This document shows, one piece after another, positions 29,248 to 39,021 of a stretch of DNA of 64,000 bases (the first letter of the stretch is position 1; every line of letters begins with the position of its first letter). The stretch covers positions 1,824,001 to 1,888,000 of the forward strand of contig OZ252244.1 of the NCBI GenBank assembly GCA_965249575.1, in the 5' to 3' direction. The notes under the pieces were generated by a model. It made no database searches. It was not told the origin of the DNA and saw only the letters and a program-made list of their open reading frames with translations. The translations under genes and the position numbers were made by a program. This DNA is from Gemmatimonadales bacterium (lineage in GTDB: Bacteria > Gemmatimonadota > Gemmatimonadetes > Gemmatimonadales > GWC2-71-9).

Positions 29248-29838
29248 GTGAATGCCAAGCCATCTCGAAACACCAAGGCCACAATTGCCGCCGCCGCCAG
29301 AGAAGAGTTCGCTCGCCTCGGCTACGCCGGAGCGCGCGTAGAGCGAATCGCCCGGCGGGCCGGCGTGAACAAACAACTCATCTTCTACTACTTCGGCTCG
29401 AAACGCGGGCTCTACGACTCCGTGGTCCAAGGTGCCGCACACGGCGTACTGCGAGGAGAGCAAGGGAAGCATGACGACCCGGGGGCCGCAACCGACGGAC
29501 TTCGGCGGGCAGTGCAACAGTTGTTCGACGATTTGCAAGCTCAACCCGACGTGACGGCTTTACTGCTGCATGACGCGCGCGACGCCGACGGAAGCGTGGA
29601 GCTGGCAGGGCCCGTCCTGTTACGGATGCTGAATCGGATAAGCAAAGTCGTCTCGGAAGGACAGGGACTGGGGTATTTCCGGGATAACGCCAACCCGGAA
29701 ACGATTGCGCGCCAGGCAATCGTGCTCGCGTTGGGCTACCTGGCGCTCGAACCCGCCCTGCGATCGGAGCGGAACCTCTCGAGAGAGGAGTGGCGCGAGG
29801 GCGTGAGCGAATTGCTTGCCCGCGCCCTCGCCTGGTGA
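29248..29838 (+). CDS. TetR/AcrR family regulator
   Basis: EFARLGYAGARVERIARRAGVNKQLIFYYFGSK. Confidence 0.92.
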   Translation: MNAKPSRNTKATIAAAAREEFARLGYAGARVERIARRAGVNKQLIFYYFGSKRGLYDSVVQGAAHGVLRGEQGKHDDPGAATDGLRRAVQQLFDDLQAQPDVTALLLHDARDADGSVELAGPVLLRMLNRISKVVSEGQGLGYFRDNANPETIARQAIVLALGYLALEPALRSERNLSREEWREGVSELLARALAW

Positions 29839-29847
29839 GACCCGAGC

Positions 29848-32298
29848 CTACCGAATGGTCGTTACCAATTCCGGTCGTGGCTGTGGTCCCCGCACACCAG
29901 GGCTATCGAGCCCGCCGTCCAACGCCAAGTCCAACACCTCACTGAGGCTCTCGACCGCATGTACCGAAAGGTGTTCTCGCTCCTCATCCCTCAGGTCCTC
30001 GAGATCTCTGAGGTTCTCCTTCGGGAGGACAATCTTCGAGATTCCGGCGCGACAGGCGCCAAGCACCTTTTCCTTGACCCCGCCGATCGCCAAGACACGA
30101 CCAGAAAGGGTCACCTCACCCGTCATCGCGATGTCGTGCCGCACGGGGATCCCTGACAAAGCGCTCACGAGCGCGGTCGCCATCGTCACCCCCGCAGACG
30201 GTCCGTCCTTTGGAATCGCGCCGGCCGGCACGTGGATGTGGACGTCCTTGTCCCCAAACATCGACTCCGGAATACCGAGTTCCTCCGCGTGCGTTTTAGC
30301 ATAGGTCAAGGCGGCCCGAGCGGATTCCTTCATGACATCGCCGAGCTGGCCGGTGAGCACCAGTTCCCCCTTCCCGCGCGTAACCGACACCTCGACGAAC
30401 ATGATGTCTCCGCCGACGGGCGTGTAGAACATGCCCGTGGCAATGCCGACCTGATCGTTTTCGAATGCCCGCTCGGGATGCACCACCGGTCTCCCGGCGA
30501 GCTTGGAGATGTCATCGTCCGAGACTTCCACGCGATCGACGTCACCGCCAGCAACCTGCCGTGCCACTTTACGCGCCACCTTCCCCAGCTCGCGCTCCAG
30601 TTGTCGAACGCCGGCTTCCCGAGTGTACCCGGAGATGAGGCTGGCGATGGCCGGGTCGCTGAACTGGAGCTGATCCCGCGTAAGACCCGCGTCCGTTAGC
30701 TGTCGTGGAATCAAGTACCGCCGCGCGATAGCCGACTTTTCACGCTCGGTATATCCGCTGAACTCGACGAGCTCCATGCGATCGAGCAGCGGCCCGGGGA
30801 TGTTCTGCCGGAGGTTCCCGGTCGCAATGAAGAGGACCTCCGACAGATCGAATGGCACACCGAGGTAATGGTCGGTGAAACTGTCATTCTGTGCGGGGTC
30901 CAACACCTCCAGCAACGCCGACGGGGGGTCCCCCTGGAACGACACACCCAGTTTGTCGACCTCGTCGAGCAGGAATACGGGGTTCTTGGTTCCCGCCCGC
31001 TTCATGCCCTGAATCACGCGGCCGGGCATGGCCCCGACGTACGTCCGCCTGTGTCCGCGGATGTCGGCCTCGTCGCGTGCGCCTCCCAACGAGATCCGCA
31101 CGTACTTTCGACCCATCGCCCGCGCGATGGATTTGGCGATGGACGTCTTCCCGACTCCGGGCGGCCCGACGAAGAGGAGGATCGACCCCTTGGCTCGTTT
31201 GTCGTCTTCGTTACCGGCGCCGGGAGCGTCGTTGGAACCCGCCTCCGACTGCCCGGCGGCTCCCCGGAGCTGCCGAACCGCCAGGAACTCCAGTACGCGG
31301 TCCTTGACGTCCTGGAGACCGAAGTGATCCTCATCGAGAATGTCGGCGGCACGTTTGAAGTCCAGGTGGTCGTCGCTTCGCTCGTTCCAGGGTAGCTCGC
31401 CTACCGTCTCCAGGTAGGTGCGAATGACCTGGCCTTCCATCGATTCGCGCGACGCTCGCTCCAGCCGCCTGAGCTCCCGGTTGATTTCCTTGCGGGCGTC
31501 CTCGGGAAGCGCAAGGCTCTCCAAGCGCTCGCGCAACTCGTCGACATCCTCCGCCTCCTCGTCGTCGCCTAGCTCGTGCCGGATTGCCTTAAGTTGCTCG
31601 CGGAGAAACATCTCCCTCTGCCGTTGGCCCAGCTCCTCCTGGACCTTCGACTTGATTTCTTCCTGCGCGTTGAGAAGTTGGAGCTGTCGCTGCATGTGCA
31701 CGAGAACTCTGCGCAATCGCTCTTCCACACCGAGCGTCTCGAGCAGCGCCTGCCGCTCCTCAGGCGGCACTTCGATATAACCAGCAACCATGTCGGCGAA
31801 GCGACCGGGGTCGGTCACGCCCTCCAGAATCTGCTGCACCGCTTCTTCCGGGAGGCCGATCTTCTGCCCCACCTCCGCCGCCCGCTCACGCACCTCCTTG
31901 TGCAACGCAATGAACGCCGGGTCCTCAGAATCGACGGGCGGAAAATCGGGGGCGTGCTGGACCACGCACTCGATATAGCCGTCTTTCTCGGCGTAGTGGA
32001 GGACCGAGGCACGATACACGCCGCTCAATAGGAGCTGGACGCCGCCGAGGCCACGTTGCAGCTGGCCGATTCGAGCGACCGTGCCCGTAGTGTTCAGGGT
32101 CTCGGGCTTCACCAACTCGCTGGACTCACGCTGGGAGACCGCAAAGACCAGGTGGTCGTCTGCCTTGAGTGCCGCCTCGATCGCTCGCAAGGTCGGCGGT
32201 CGCCCGGCAGCAATCGGTGCGGTCACCCCCGGAAAAAGTACGGTTTCCCTCAACGGGAGGACCGGAAGCCTGTGTCTTTGGCTCTTTTCCTCAGCCAT
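29848..32298 (-). CDS. lon: ATP-dependent protease La
   Basis: LPVLPLR N-domain, GPPGVGKT, RGHRRTYVGAMPG, DEVDK, PKDGPSAG. Confidence 0.97.
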   Translation of the reverse strand: MAEEKSQRHRLPVLPLRETVLFPGVTAPIAAGRPPTLRAIEAALKADDHLVFAVSQRESSELVKPETLNTTGTVARIGQLQRGLGGVQLLLSGVYRASVLHYAEKDGYIECVVQHAPDFPPVDSEDPAFIALHKEVRERAAEVGQKIGLPEEAVQQILEGVTDPGRFADMVAGYIEVPPEERQALLETLGVEERLRRVLVHMQRQLQLLNAQEEIKSKVQEELGQRQREMFLREQLKAIRHELGDDEEAEDVDELRERLESLALPEDARKEINRELRRLERASRESMEGQVIRTYLETVGELPWNERSDDHLDFKRAADILDEDHFGLQDVKDRVLEFLAVRQLRGAAGQSEAGSNDAPGAGNEDDKRAKGSILLFVGPPGVGKTSIAKSIARAMGRKYVRISLGGARDEADIRGHRRTYVGAMPGRVIQGMKRAGTKNPVFLLDEVDKLGVSFQGDPPSALLEVLDPAQNDSFTDHYLGVPFDLSEVLFIATGNLRQNIPGPLLDRMELVEFSGYTEREKSAIARRYLIPRQLTDAGLTRDQLQFSDPAIASLISGYTREAGVRQLERELGKVARKVARQVAGGDVDRVEVSDDDISKLAGRPVVHPERAFENDQVGIATGMFYTPVGGDIMFVEVSVTRGKGELVLTGQLGDVMKESARAALTYAKTHAEELGIPESMFGDKDVHIHVPAGAIPKDGPSAGVTMATALVSALSGIPVRHDIAMTGEVTLSGRVLAIGGVKEKVLGACRAGISKIVLPKENLRDLEDLRDEEREHLSVHAVESLSEVLDLALDGGLDSPGVRGPQPRPELVTTIR

Positions 32299-32445
32299 AT
32301 CTCCACCGCCTACTCAATCGGGTTTCGGAGCCGCTAGGAGACGGCCCCAGGCCCCAAGGGGCAGCTATCATGCCATGATACGCGCCTAATTCTGGCAGGA
32401 TCCCTTGTTCCACGCGGCATTGGTGCTAATACCGCAGGCGAAGCT

Positions 32446-32478
32446 CAAGCGTATCGTGCCAAAACGGCACTACGCTTG
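32446..32478. other. Intergenic inverted repeat upstream of lon
   Basis: CAAGCGTA-TC-GTGCC-AAAAC-GGCAC-TACGCTTG. Confidence 0.5.
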
Positions 32479-32493
32479 GTGGGCGGGGGATCC

Positions 32494-32742
32494 TTAGGAA
32501 GCCGCGCGGGGGGCGATGCTCAGTAGCGACCTGAGTTCGGAGTCGGTCAGCTGCTCGAGTAGCCCAGCTCGCGCCGTGACCTCGCGGGCGGATTCGGTCT
32601 TATCTGCTTCGCAGCTGAACCGAATGATATCGGCTGGTTCCGGAAATCCTTGGGAGCGCGGTTTAACGGGAACGATACCCGACGTGCGGCCGACCCGTTC
32701 GGCCGACCACCGCCTCCCGGCGTCGTCGGTAACCCAACGCAT
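32494..32742 (-). CDS. Small hypothetical protein (82 aa)
   Basis: AGGAGG SD before MRWVTDDAGRRW. Confidence 0.65.
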   Translation of the reverse strand: MRWVTDDAGRRWSAERVGRTSGIVPVKPRSQGFPEPADIIRFSCEADKTESAREVTARAGLLEQLTDSELRSLLSIAPRAAS

Positions 32743-32822
32743 GCATCCTCCTGGTGCGGCGAGGTAGGTTGCCACGGGGGTACACGCCGACTAATCTACG
32801 GCCTGTCGAGACCTAGTGGCAA

Positions 32823-34685
32823 ATGGATCAACCAGAAGAACGCTCGTTGGCCGATCGGCTCGCCGATGTGCTCGAGGAAACGTATACGATCGAGGGTGAG
32901 ATCGGACGGGGCGGCATGGGAGTGGTTTACGTTGCCCAGGACATCGCGCTCAATCGCCGCGTCGCCATCAAATTACTCCCGCCCGAGCTAGCTTTCCGGC
33001 CCGAAATACGCACGCGCTTCATTCGCGAGGCCCAGACCGCGGCACGCCTCTCGCACCCGCACATCGTTCCCATCCATACGGTCGGTGACAGCGGCGGGTT
33101 GGTCTATTTCGTCATGGGCTTCGTGGACGGCGAGTCCCTGGGGGCGCGCTTGAAGCGTCGGGGCCGGCTGCCACCGGAAGAGGTCCGACGCATCATGAAG
33201 GAGACCGCCGATGCGCTCGGACGCGCCCACGCCCTCGGGATCATTCATCGCGACGTGAAGCCGGACAACATCCTGCTGGAGGGTACTCGCGGCCGGGTAA
33301 TGGTGACGGATTTCGGAATCGCGAAGGCGTTGTCGGAAGGTGGAGGGACCCTGACCGGGACCGGCGTCGTGATCGGGACACCTGCCTACATGAGCCCCGA
33401 ACAGGCGGCAGGTGAGGGTGAGATCGACATGCGAAGCGACCTCTACTCCCTGGGCGTCGTCGCCTACGAGATGTTGATTGGCGATCCACCGTTCAAGGCA
33501 CCGACTGTACCCGGAATCCTCTTGAAGCAAATCACCGAATCCGCTCCCGATATCGTAGGTGTCCGTCCCGAATGTCCTGAGGACTTGTCCACTTCCATCA
33601 TGCGGTGTCTCAAGAAGGAGCCGGAAGACAGGTGGCCCACGGCCGACCCCTTGCGTAGGGCGCTGGAGAGCAGAAAATCCGCTCCGTACCGCTCGGGAGC
33701 GGCGGCGCCGGCCCGGCACGGGTCTCGCCAAGCGGGCGAACGGAGTCAACGGAGCCGATCGCCCCGCCGGGACAGGGAGCGTGGCAACGCGCTCGCCGCA
33801 GACCGCCCCCGCGCGCGCGGCGTCGAACGAGCGAGCTCAAAGCCGGAGTCGCCCGAACCCGCCGGACCCTCCGAGCCCCAGATCGTAAAGAAGTTCCGCG
33901 CCCATTTCGCGTCGTATGTGTCCGTGAACGGTTGTCTCCTTCTCCTAAACGTCGCGACCGGGATCACGGAACCGTGGTTCTTGTTCCCGATGGTGGGTTG
34001 GGGATTCGGAATCGCAGGCCAATACTCGAAGCTGTGGCAGGCGGGGTACAGCTGGCGGGATGTCATCTATCGACCGCCGGCGAAGGACGCGATCGGGCCG
34101 CCCACGGCTGGTGGCGGCACCGCGGCGCTACCTCCAGTGGCCGTCGACGAGATCGGCAAGCTCGGGGGGCAGATCGCGCAGATGCAGGCCGATCGGGGCG
34201 CAATCGTACACATGGTAGAGCGCCTCCCGAAATCGGAACGCAACATGTTGCCGGAAGTGGTGCCAACCGTCGACGCCCTGTTCAACCGTGCCGTCGAGCT
34301 CGCCCGGACCCTCACACACTTCGAGTCGGACGTCGACGGGGACGCCGTGGGCCGGCTGGAAGAGCGGATCGCGGAGCTGGAGAAGGCTGGCGGCGATCCG
34401 GATCAGGATCGCCGGGTCGGTCTTCTCCGGCGTCAGCGGGAGGCGTTGGCGGAGCTGCTCGACCGTCGGTCGACGGTAGAAGCGCAGTTCGAGTCTTGTC
34501 TGCTCGCGGTGCAGAACGTGCGGTTCGACCTTCTGCGGCTTCGGTCGGCTGGAGTCGCCGCCGTGTTGGACGATCTCACGAGCGCGACCCAACAGGCACG
34601 AGCCCTTTCGTTCGATGTCGAGGCGGCAATCGGCGCAGCCGGAGAGATCAGGGCCGCCCTCGGCAAAGGACCCGTCGCGACCTGA
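32823..34685 (+). CDS. Ser/Thr kinase with 2TM-like segment and C-terminal coiled-coil domain
   Basis: GRGGMG, HRDVKPDN, DFG; FRAHFASYVSVN...WFLFPMVGWGFG; helical C-terminus. Confidence 0.9.
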   Translation: MDQPEERSLADRLADVLEETYTIEGEIGRGGMGVVYVAQDIALNRRVAIKLLPPELAFRPEIRTRFIREAQTAARLSHPHIVPIHTVGDSGGLVYFVMGFVDGESLGARLKRRGRLPPEEVRRIMKETADALGRAHALGIIHRDVKPDNILLEGTRGRVMVTDFGIAKALSEGGGTLTGTGVVIGTPAYMSPEQAAGEGEIDMRSDLYSLGVVAYEMLIGDPPFKAPTVPGILLKQITESAPDIVGVRPECPEDLSTSIMRCLKKEPEDRWPTADPLRRALESRKSAPYRSGAAAPARHGSRQAGERSQRSRSPRRDRERGNALAADRPRARGVERASSKPESPEPAGPSEPQIVKKFRAHFASYVSVNGCLLLLNVATGITEPWFLFPMVGWGFGIAGQYSKLWQAGYSWRDVIYRPPAKDAIGPPTAGGGTAALPPVAVDEIGKLGGQIAQMQADRGAIVHMVERLPKSERNMLPEVVPTVDALFNRAVELARTLTHFESDVDGDAVGRLEERIAELEKAGGDPDQDRRVGLLRRQREALAELLDRRSTVEAQFESCLLAVQNVRFDLLRLRSAGVAAVLDDLTSATQQARALSFDVEAAIGAAGEIRAALGKGPVAT

Positions 34686-34705
34686 GACCGCCCCGATTCA
34701 ATCCT

Positions 34706-36835
34706 TCAAAAGCGAGCGATCTCCCGGAACGCCTCCGCGATTCCCGGAGCCTGTGGGAGGATCACCTCCTCAAGATCGGGCGAATACGCCACAAACGTGT
34801 CGGTCGCAGCAACCCTCCTCACCGGTGCATCAAGCCACGCAAACAGCTCGTCACTGATCCTAGCCGCGATCTCCGCGCCGTACCCCCACGAGAGCGTATC
34901 CTCGTAGGCAACGATCACTTTGTTCGTCTTCTTCACTGACTCGCTGATGGCAGGCCAGTCGACTGGGTTGAGGGACCTCAGGTCGATGATCTCAACGCCA
35001 ATGCCATCCGTTTCCTGGACCGCCTTCGCCGCCTGTATCGCCCGCTGTACCACCGCACCGTAGGTCACGACGGTGATATCCGACCCCTCTCGCACGACTT
35101 TCGCCTTCCCGAGCGGGATCATGAAGTTCGGCCCCGGATAAACGCCTTTGTTGTACGTCTGGCGGTAGAGATGCTTGTGCTCGAGGAACAGCACGGGATC
35201 GTCGCACCTGATCGCGGTTCGCAAGAGGCCATTGGCGTCAAGGGCGGTCGCGGGACACACCACCCTGAGCCCCGGGATGCTGGTGTAGATGGCGGCCCCA
35301 GTCTGCGAATGATACATGGCGCCACCCTTGAGGTATCCACCGTAGGTCACGCGAACGACCGCTGCGGAGGTGAACGCATTGTTGCTGCGCCACCGCATGG
35401 TGGCCAGCTCGTTCCGGATCTGCATGTAGGCCGGCCAGGTGTAGTCGAAGAATTGAATCTCCACGACCGGCTTGATGCCCCGGGTGGCGAGACCGACTGC
35501 TCGACCGACGATGTTCGCTTCGGCGAGTGGTGAATTGTAGACCCGGTCGCCGCCGAACTCCTTTTGGATGCCCCACGTCACCTTGAAAACGCCACCCTTC
35601 CCCTTGACCGTTTCCAGGTACTGCTCGCGGGAAACGTCGGCGACATCCTCTCCGAACATGATGATCCGGGGATCCCGGGCCATTTCGTCTTTCAAACAGC
35701 GGTTCAGTAGGTCCACCATCGTGGTCGGGTCCCCGCTGAACTGCGGGTCGTCCTCAGTATCGAATTGCTCGCTCGTCGGGTCGACGTCTGGCGAGTACAC
35801 ATACGCATAGATCGTATCGACTGCCGGTTGCGCGGCAGCCAATGCGATCCCGGTGGCCAGCTCGAGGTCATCTTCTACCTGGGCTTTTATGGCCTCGATC
35901 TCTGCATCGGTGGCCAAGCCGTCCGCGACCAGCCGGGCGGGGAACGCGGTAACCGGGTCGCGCTTAGCGTCCTCCTCCCGCTCATCCGGTGGGCGGTACA
36001 TGACCTCGTCATCCGATAGTGAATGCGAATAGGGGCGAATCACCGAGGCATGGACTAACGCCGGCCCCTTCCGCGAGCGGCAGTGCGCCGCGGCTCGCGA
36101 GACCGCATCGTAGGAAGCCACGGGGTCGCAGCCGTCGACGCGCTCGATGTATAGGTTCGGGAAGTCCTTCACGAGCTCGGAGACGGATCCTCCGGCGGTC
36201 TGCACCTCGACCGGCACGGAGATCGCATAGCCATTGTCCTCGATCATGAAGAGGACCGGGAGCTTGAGATTCGAGGCGGTGTTCATCGCCTCCCAGAACT
36301 CCCCTTCACTCGTGGTACCATCGCCCGCCGAGCAGTAGGTCACCTCGTCTTCAGACGGCCGCTCGTCGGCGGGGATGTCCTCGATCTGATGGTATTTGAG
36401 CCACGCCTCGGCACAGCCGACCGCCTGGAGGAACTGCGTCCCGGTGGGACTCGACTGCGACACGATGTTGAGCGCCTTGTGACCCCAATGTGACGGCATT
36501 TGCCGCCCGCCAGAATTGGGGTCGTCGGCTGCGGCGACCGCCGACAGCAGCATCTCCGTGGGCGTCATGCCGAGGGTGAGGCACAGTGCTCGGTCCCGGT
36601 AATAGGGGTAGAACCAATCATGTGCCGGCCTCAGCACCTTCCCGGCCGCGACGAGCACGGCTTCATGGCCAGCCCCCGAGATTTGAAAGAAGATCTTGTT
36701 CTGCCGCTTGAGCTGAATCTCCTTGTCGTCGAGACGTCGAGACAGGAGAATGAGCCGGTACATGTCCAGCAACTCGGCTTTTTCGAGCCGTGCAGCCGTC
36801 GGGCGTCGCGCGCGGGATTTGGTCTCTGTAGCCAT
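34706..36835 (-). CDS. 2-oxoacid (branched-chain type) dehydrogenase E1, fused alpha/beta
   Basis: TPP motif [37 protein letters not shown]. Confidence 0.92.
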   Translation of the reverse strand: MATETKSRARRPTAARLEKAELLDMYRLILLSRRLDDKEIQLKRQNKIFFQISGAGHEAVLVAAGKVLRPAHDWFYPYYRDRALCLTLGMTPTEMLLSAVAAADDPNSGGRQMPSHWGHKALNIVSQSSPTGTQFLQAVGCAEAWLKYHQIEDIPADERPSEDEVTYCSAGDGTTSEGEFWEAMNTASNLKLPVLFMIEDNGYAISVPVEVQTAGGSVSELVKDFPNLYIERVDGCDPVASYDAVSRAAAHCRSRKGPALVHASVIRPYSHSLSDDEVMYRPPDEREEDAKRDPVTAFPARLVADGLATDAEIEAIKAQVEDDLELATGIALAAAQPAVDTIYAYVYSPDVDPTSEQFDTEDDPQFSGDPTTMVDLLNRCLKDEMARDPRIIMFGEDVADVSREQYLETVKGKGGVFKVTWGIQKEFGGDRVYNSPLAEANIVGRAVGLATRGIKPVVEIQFFDYTWPAYMQIRNELATMRWRSNNAFTSAAVVRVTYGGYLKGGAMYHSQTGAAIYTSIPGLRVVCPATALDANGLLRTAIRCDDPVLFLEHKHLYRQTYNKGVYPGPNFMIPLGKAKVVREGSDITVVTYGAVVQRAIQAAKAVQETDGIGVEIIDLRSLNPVDWPAISESVKKTNKVIVAYEDTLSWGYGAEIAARISDELFAWLDAPVRRVAATDTFVAYSPDLEEVILPQAPGIAEAFREIARF

Positions 36836-36937
36836 GGTCAGAAAATAGCCCCCTGTGGCCGTGTGACGGCAAGCCCCGTACGTTCGGATGGTGCGGCGGC
36901 GCCCGGGGAACGGCCTACATTGGCCGGTGAAGCCGTA

Positions 36938-37189
36938 TTAGCGGAGCTTCGTAAGGCGCCGGAGTACTTCGAGTTTGTCGAGAGCCGACTTCGAGGACGG
37001 CGCGTCGGCAATCGTGTAGAGCGCGTCCCGTATGTCCATCAGGATCTCGAGCAAGAGCTGTTCCCTCTGAAACGCCGCGTCAAGATCGGCCATCCGAGTC
37101 TTATCGCCCGTCTCACTACACCGGTCGTACGCCTCCCGGTAGATGGCTTCGAGATTCTCGACGATGCGGTCCCGGGGGCGCGGGCTCAT
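36938..37189 (-). CDS. Small helical hypothetical protein
   Basis: GAGGT SD before MSPRPRDRIVENL; coherent ORF. Confidence 0.65.
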   Translation of the reverse strand: MSPRPRDRIVENLEAIYREAYDRCSETGDKTRMADLDAAFQREQLLLEILMDIRDALYTIADAPSSKSALDKLEVLRRLTKLR

Positions 37190-37218
37190 TCGAGACCTCA
37201 GGGTGACGGGAAGGGGCG

Positions 37219-37551
37219 ATGGTAATGGCGAACCCAAGCCGCAACCGCCGGTCGGCGATCTTCCAGCGCGACGGGAATCGCTGCGTGTACTGCGGCCGCG
37301 TCTTGGAGGAGCGGTTCCTCACCGTCGACCACGTGCAGCCACGCATGAAGCGCGGAGATCATTCGCCCGGTAATCTCGTGACCGCGTGCAACACATGCAA
37401 CACTCTCAAAGGCGGTCGGCCGGCCTGGGTCTTTCTCCGGGACCGGCCCGTCGAGCGAGCCAACTTTTTGCAGTACGGTACGCACGTATGGGCGCGTTTG
37501 AGGCGCGCGGTCGAGGCGGCGGCGGGGCGGACGTCCCAACCGCCCGGCTAG
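37219..37551 (+). CDS. HNH endonuclease (McrA-like, stand-alone)
   Basis: IFQRDGNRCVYCG...TVDHVQP...NLVTACNTCNTLKG. Confidence 0.88.
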   Translation: MVMANPSRNRRSAIFQRDGNRCVYCGRVLEERFLTVDHVQPRMKRGDHSPGNLVTACNTCNTLKGGRPAWVFLRDRPVERANFLQYGTHVWARLRRAVEAAAGRTSQPPG

Positions 37552-38804
37552 TCGCTTGCCCGGCTGGCATATGGTAGCATGACCAGCCCGCTCGGGACTT
37601 TCGGCGCGAAATACGTTGATTTCGGGGGCATGACGGCGCCGGCGTCGGCCACGGCGAGCACCTGCTCGACCTTGGTCGGGTTGAGGGCAACACCTGCGAC
37701 AGCCTGCCCGGCGATCAGAAGCTCCAGCACCTGACCGAAGTCGGCGGAATAGGTCACCTTCGACTCCGGGCCTGCCCGCTCCGCCAGAGGCCGGACCACC
37801 AGAGAGTCGATGCGCGCGACGTCGAGCGCCCACACGACCGGGTCAACGTTACCCCGCGCCGCCTCGGCCCCCGGCTGCATGGCCAGCCGGAACAGGAGCC
37901 CCCCTGGTAACGTCACCAGCGCACCAGAGCCACCACGCGCCAATCCCGCAAGCTCGCCCTCGGGACTAAGCTCCGGTTCGACGCGCTCAATGTCAAAGCG
38001 GCCTCCGCAGACCTCGCGAAGATCTCCCTCGGTCAGGGCCGCCCCGTGCAACAGGCGATGCGTGGCGAGCAGCACCAGTCCAGGATCTCCCAACGGCACG
38101 ATCAGCCCGAGCGTCCGGCCCGCCGCCGGATTCTGTTCCCGGTATGCCCACGCCGTTTCGAATCTGTGGTGTCCGTCGGCAATGTAGAGGGACTCGGCGC
38201 CGGCAGCCTCCGCCATTTCGCGGGCCGCGGATCCTCCGACCCGCCACAACGCGAGCCGGTCGCCGTTCAGCTCGCCCTGGGCAAGCGGACGCTCGCCCAT
38301 CACCGGCCCGATGCGACCAACGAGCTCTCCGGCCGAGTCACGAGCCAGGACCAACAGCGACTCGAACATGGTTTGTGTTGTCCCAAGCAGGGCGAGCCGG
38401 TCTTTCTTCGGCCCAGCATGCGTGCGCTCGTGGGGCTTGACTCGACCCGTCTGGTACGGCTCTGCCGCAATCGCGCCGATGACACCGCTCCGAACGTGAC
38501 TCCTCCCGTCGCCCGTGCGGAACTCCTGGCGCAGCACGTAGACCCCGGGATCCCGATCCCGCACGAGGACGCCTTCCTGGCGCCACCGATGAAGCAGCCG
38601 GGCCGCGTCATCGTACCGCCGCTCGCCCCCTTCGGGGAGCAGCACGTGCACGATGTTGTGGAGGTCTTGCCCCGCCAGCGTGGCGCGTGACGAGCCATCA
38701 ATGACATCGTAGGGAGGGGAAATCAGCTTGCTGAGCCGCTCTGCCTCGGCGAAATGCTCTCCGACGAACGGCGTAACGAGCGGCTCGGGGGAAGTCTCCG
38801 ACAT
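37548..38804 (-). CDS. DUF1015 family protein
   Basis: PPYDVI, VKPHERT, IADGHHRFETA, MPPKSTYFAPKVPSGL. Confidence 0.88.
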   Translation of the reverse strand: MSETSPEPLVTPFVGEHFAEAERLSKLISPPYDVIDGSSRATLAGQDLHNIVHVLLPEGGERRYDDAARLLHRWRQEGVLVRDRDPGVYVLRQEFRTGDGRSHVRSGVIGAIAAEPYQTGRVKPHERTHAGPKKDRLALLGTTQTMFESLLVLARDSAGELVGRIGPVMGERPLAQGELNGDRLALWRVGGSAAREMAEAAGAESLYIADGHHRFETAWAYREQNPAAGRTLGLIVPLGDPGLVLLATHRLLHGAALTEGDLREVCGGRFDIERVEPELSPEGELAGLARGGSGALVTLPGGLLFRLAMQPGAEAARGNVDPVVWALDVARIDSLVVRPLAERAGPESKVTYSADFGQVLELLIAGQAVAGVALNPTKVEQVLAVADAGAVMPPKSTYFAPKVPSGLVMLPYASRASD

Positions 38805-38949
38805 ACAGACCCTTTCAGGAGTTCGAAAATCCGCGCGCGACAGGCCGGGCACCACCTGGCAACACGCACCTTCGCGACGAGCCCCCTTTCACGGTGGCGG
38901 GCTTTTATACCAAAGATTGAGTGCCAGGCGTTGGGTGGCCCTAAAACTA

Positions 38950-38979
38950 CATCCGCCTCCCGATACCGGGAGGCGGATG
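38950..38979 (-). terminator. Intrinsic terminator after the serine hydrolase gene
   Basis: Perfect 13-bp stem CATCCGCCTCCCG/CGGGAGGCGGATG followed by TAGTTTT on the minus strand. Confidence 0.7.
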
Positions 38980-39021
38980 CCGAACGGAGGGTCCTACTGC
39001 ACCAGAGGGGACCGCTGGCGC

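Noticed and set aside
32406..32429. parS-like TGTTCCACGCGGCATT and CIRCE-like half site GTGCTAA upstream of lon
   Set aside because: Only one arm matches in each case, so neither is palindromic.
37219..37551. HNH nuclease as a mobile element or defence system
   Set aside because: Short stand-alone gene with host-like composition, no flanking repeats, and no adjacent methylase or partner.
38810..38940. Possible small ribosomal-protein-like ORF upstream of DUF1015
   Set aside because: No single frame gives a convincing match or start; better explained as promoter and leader.
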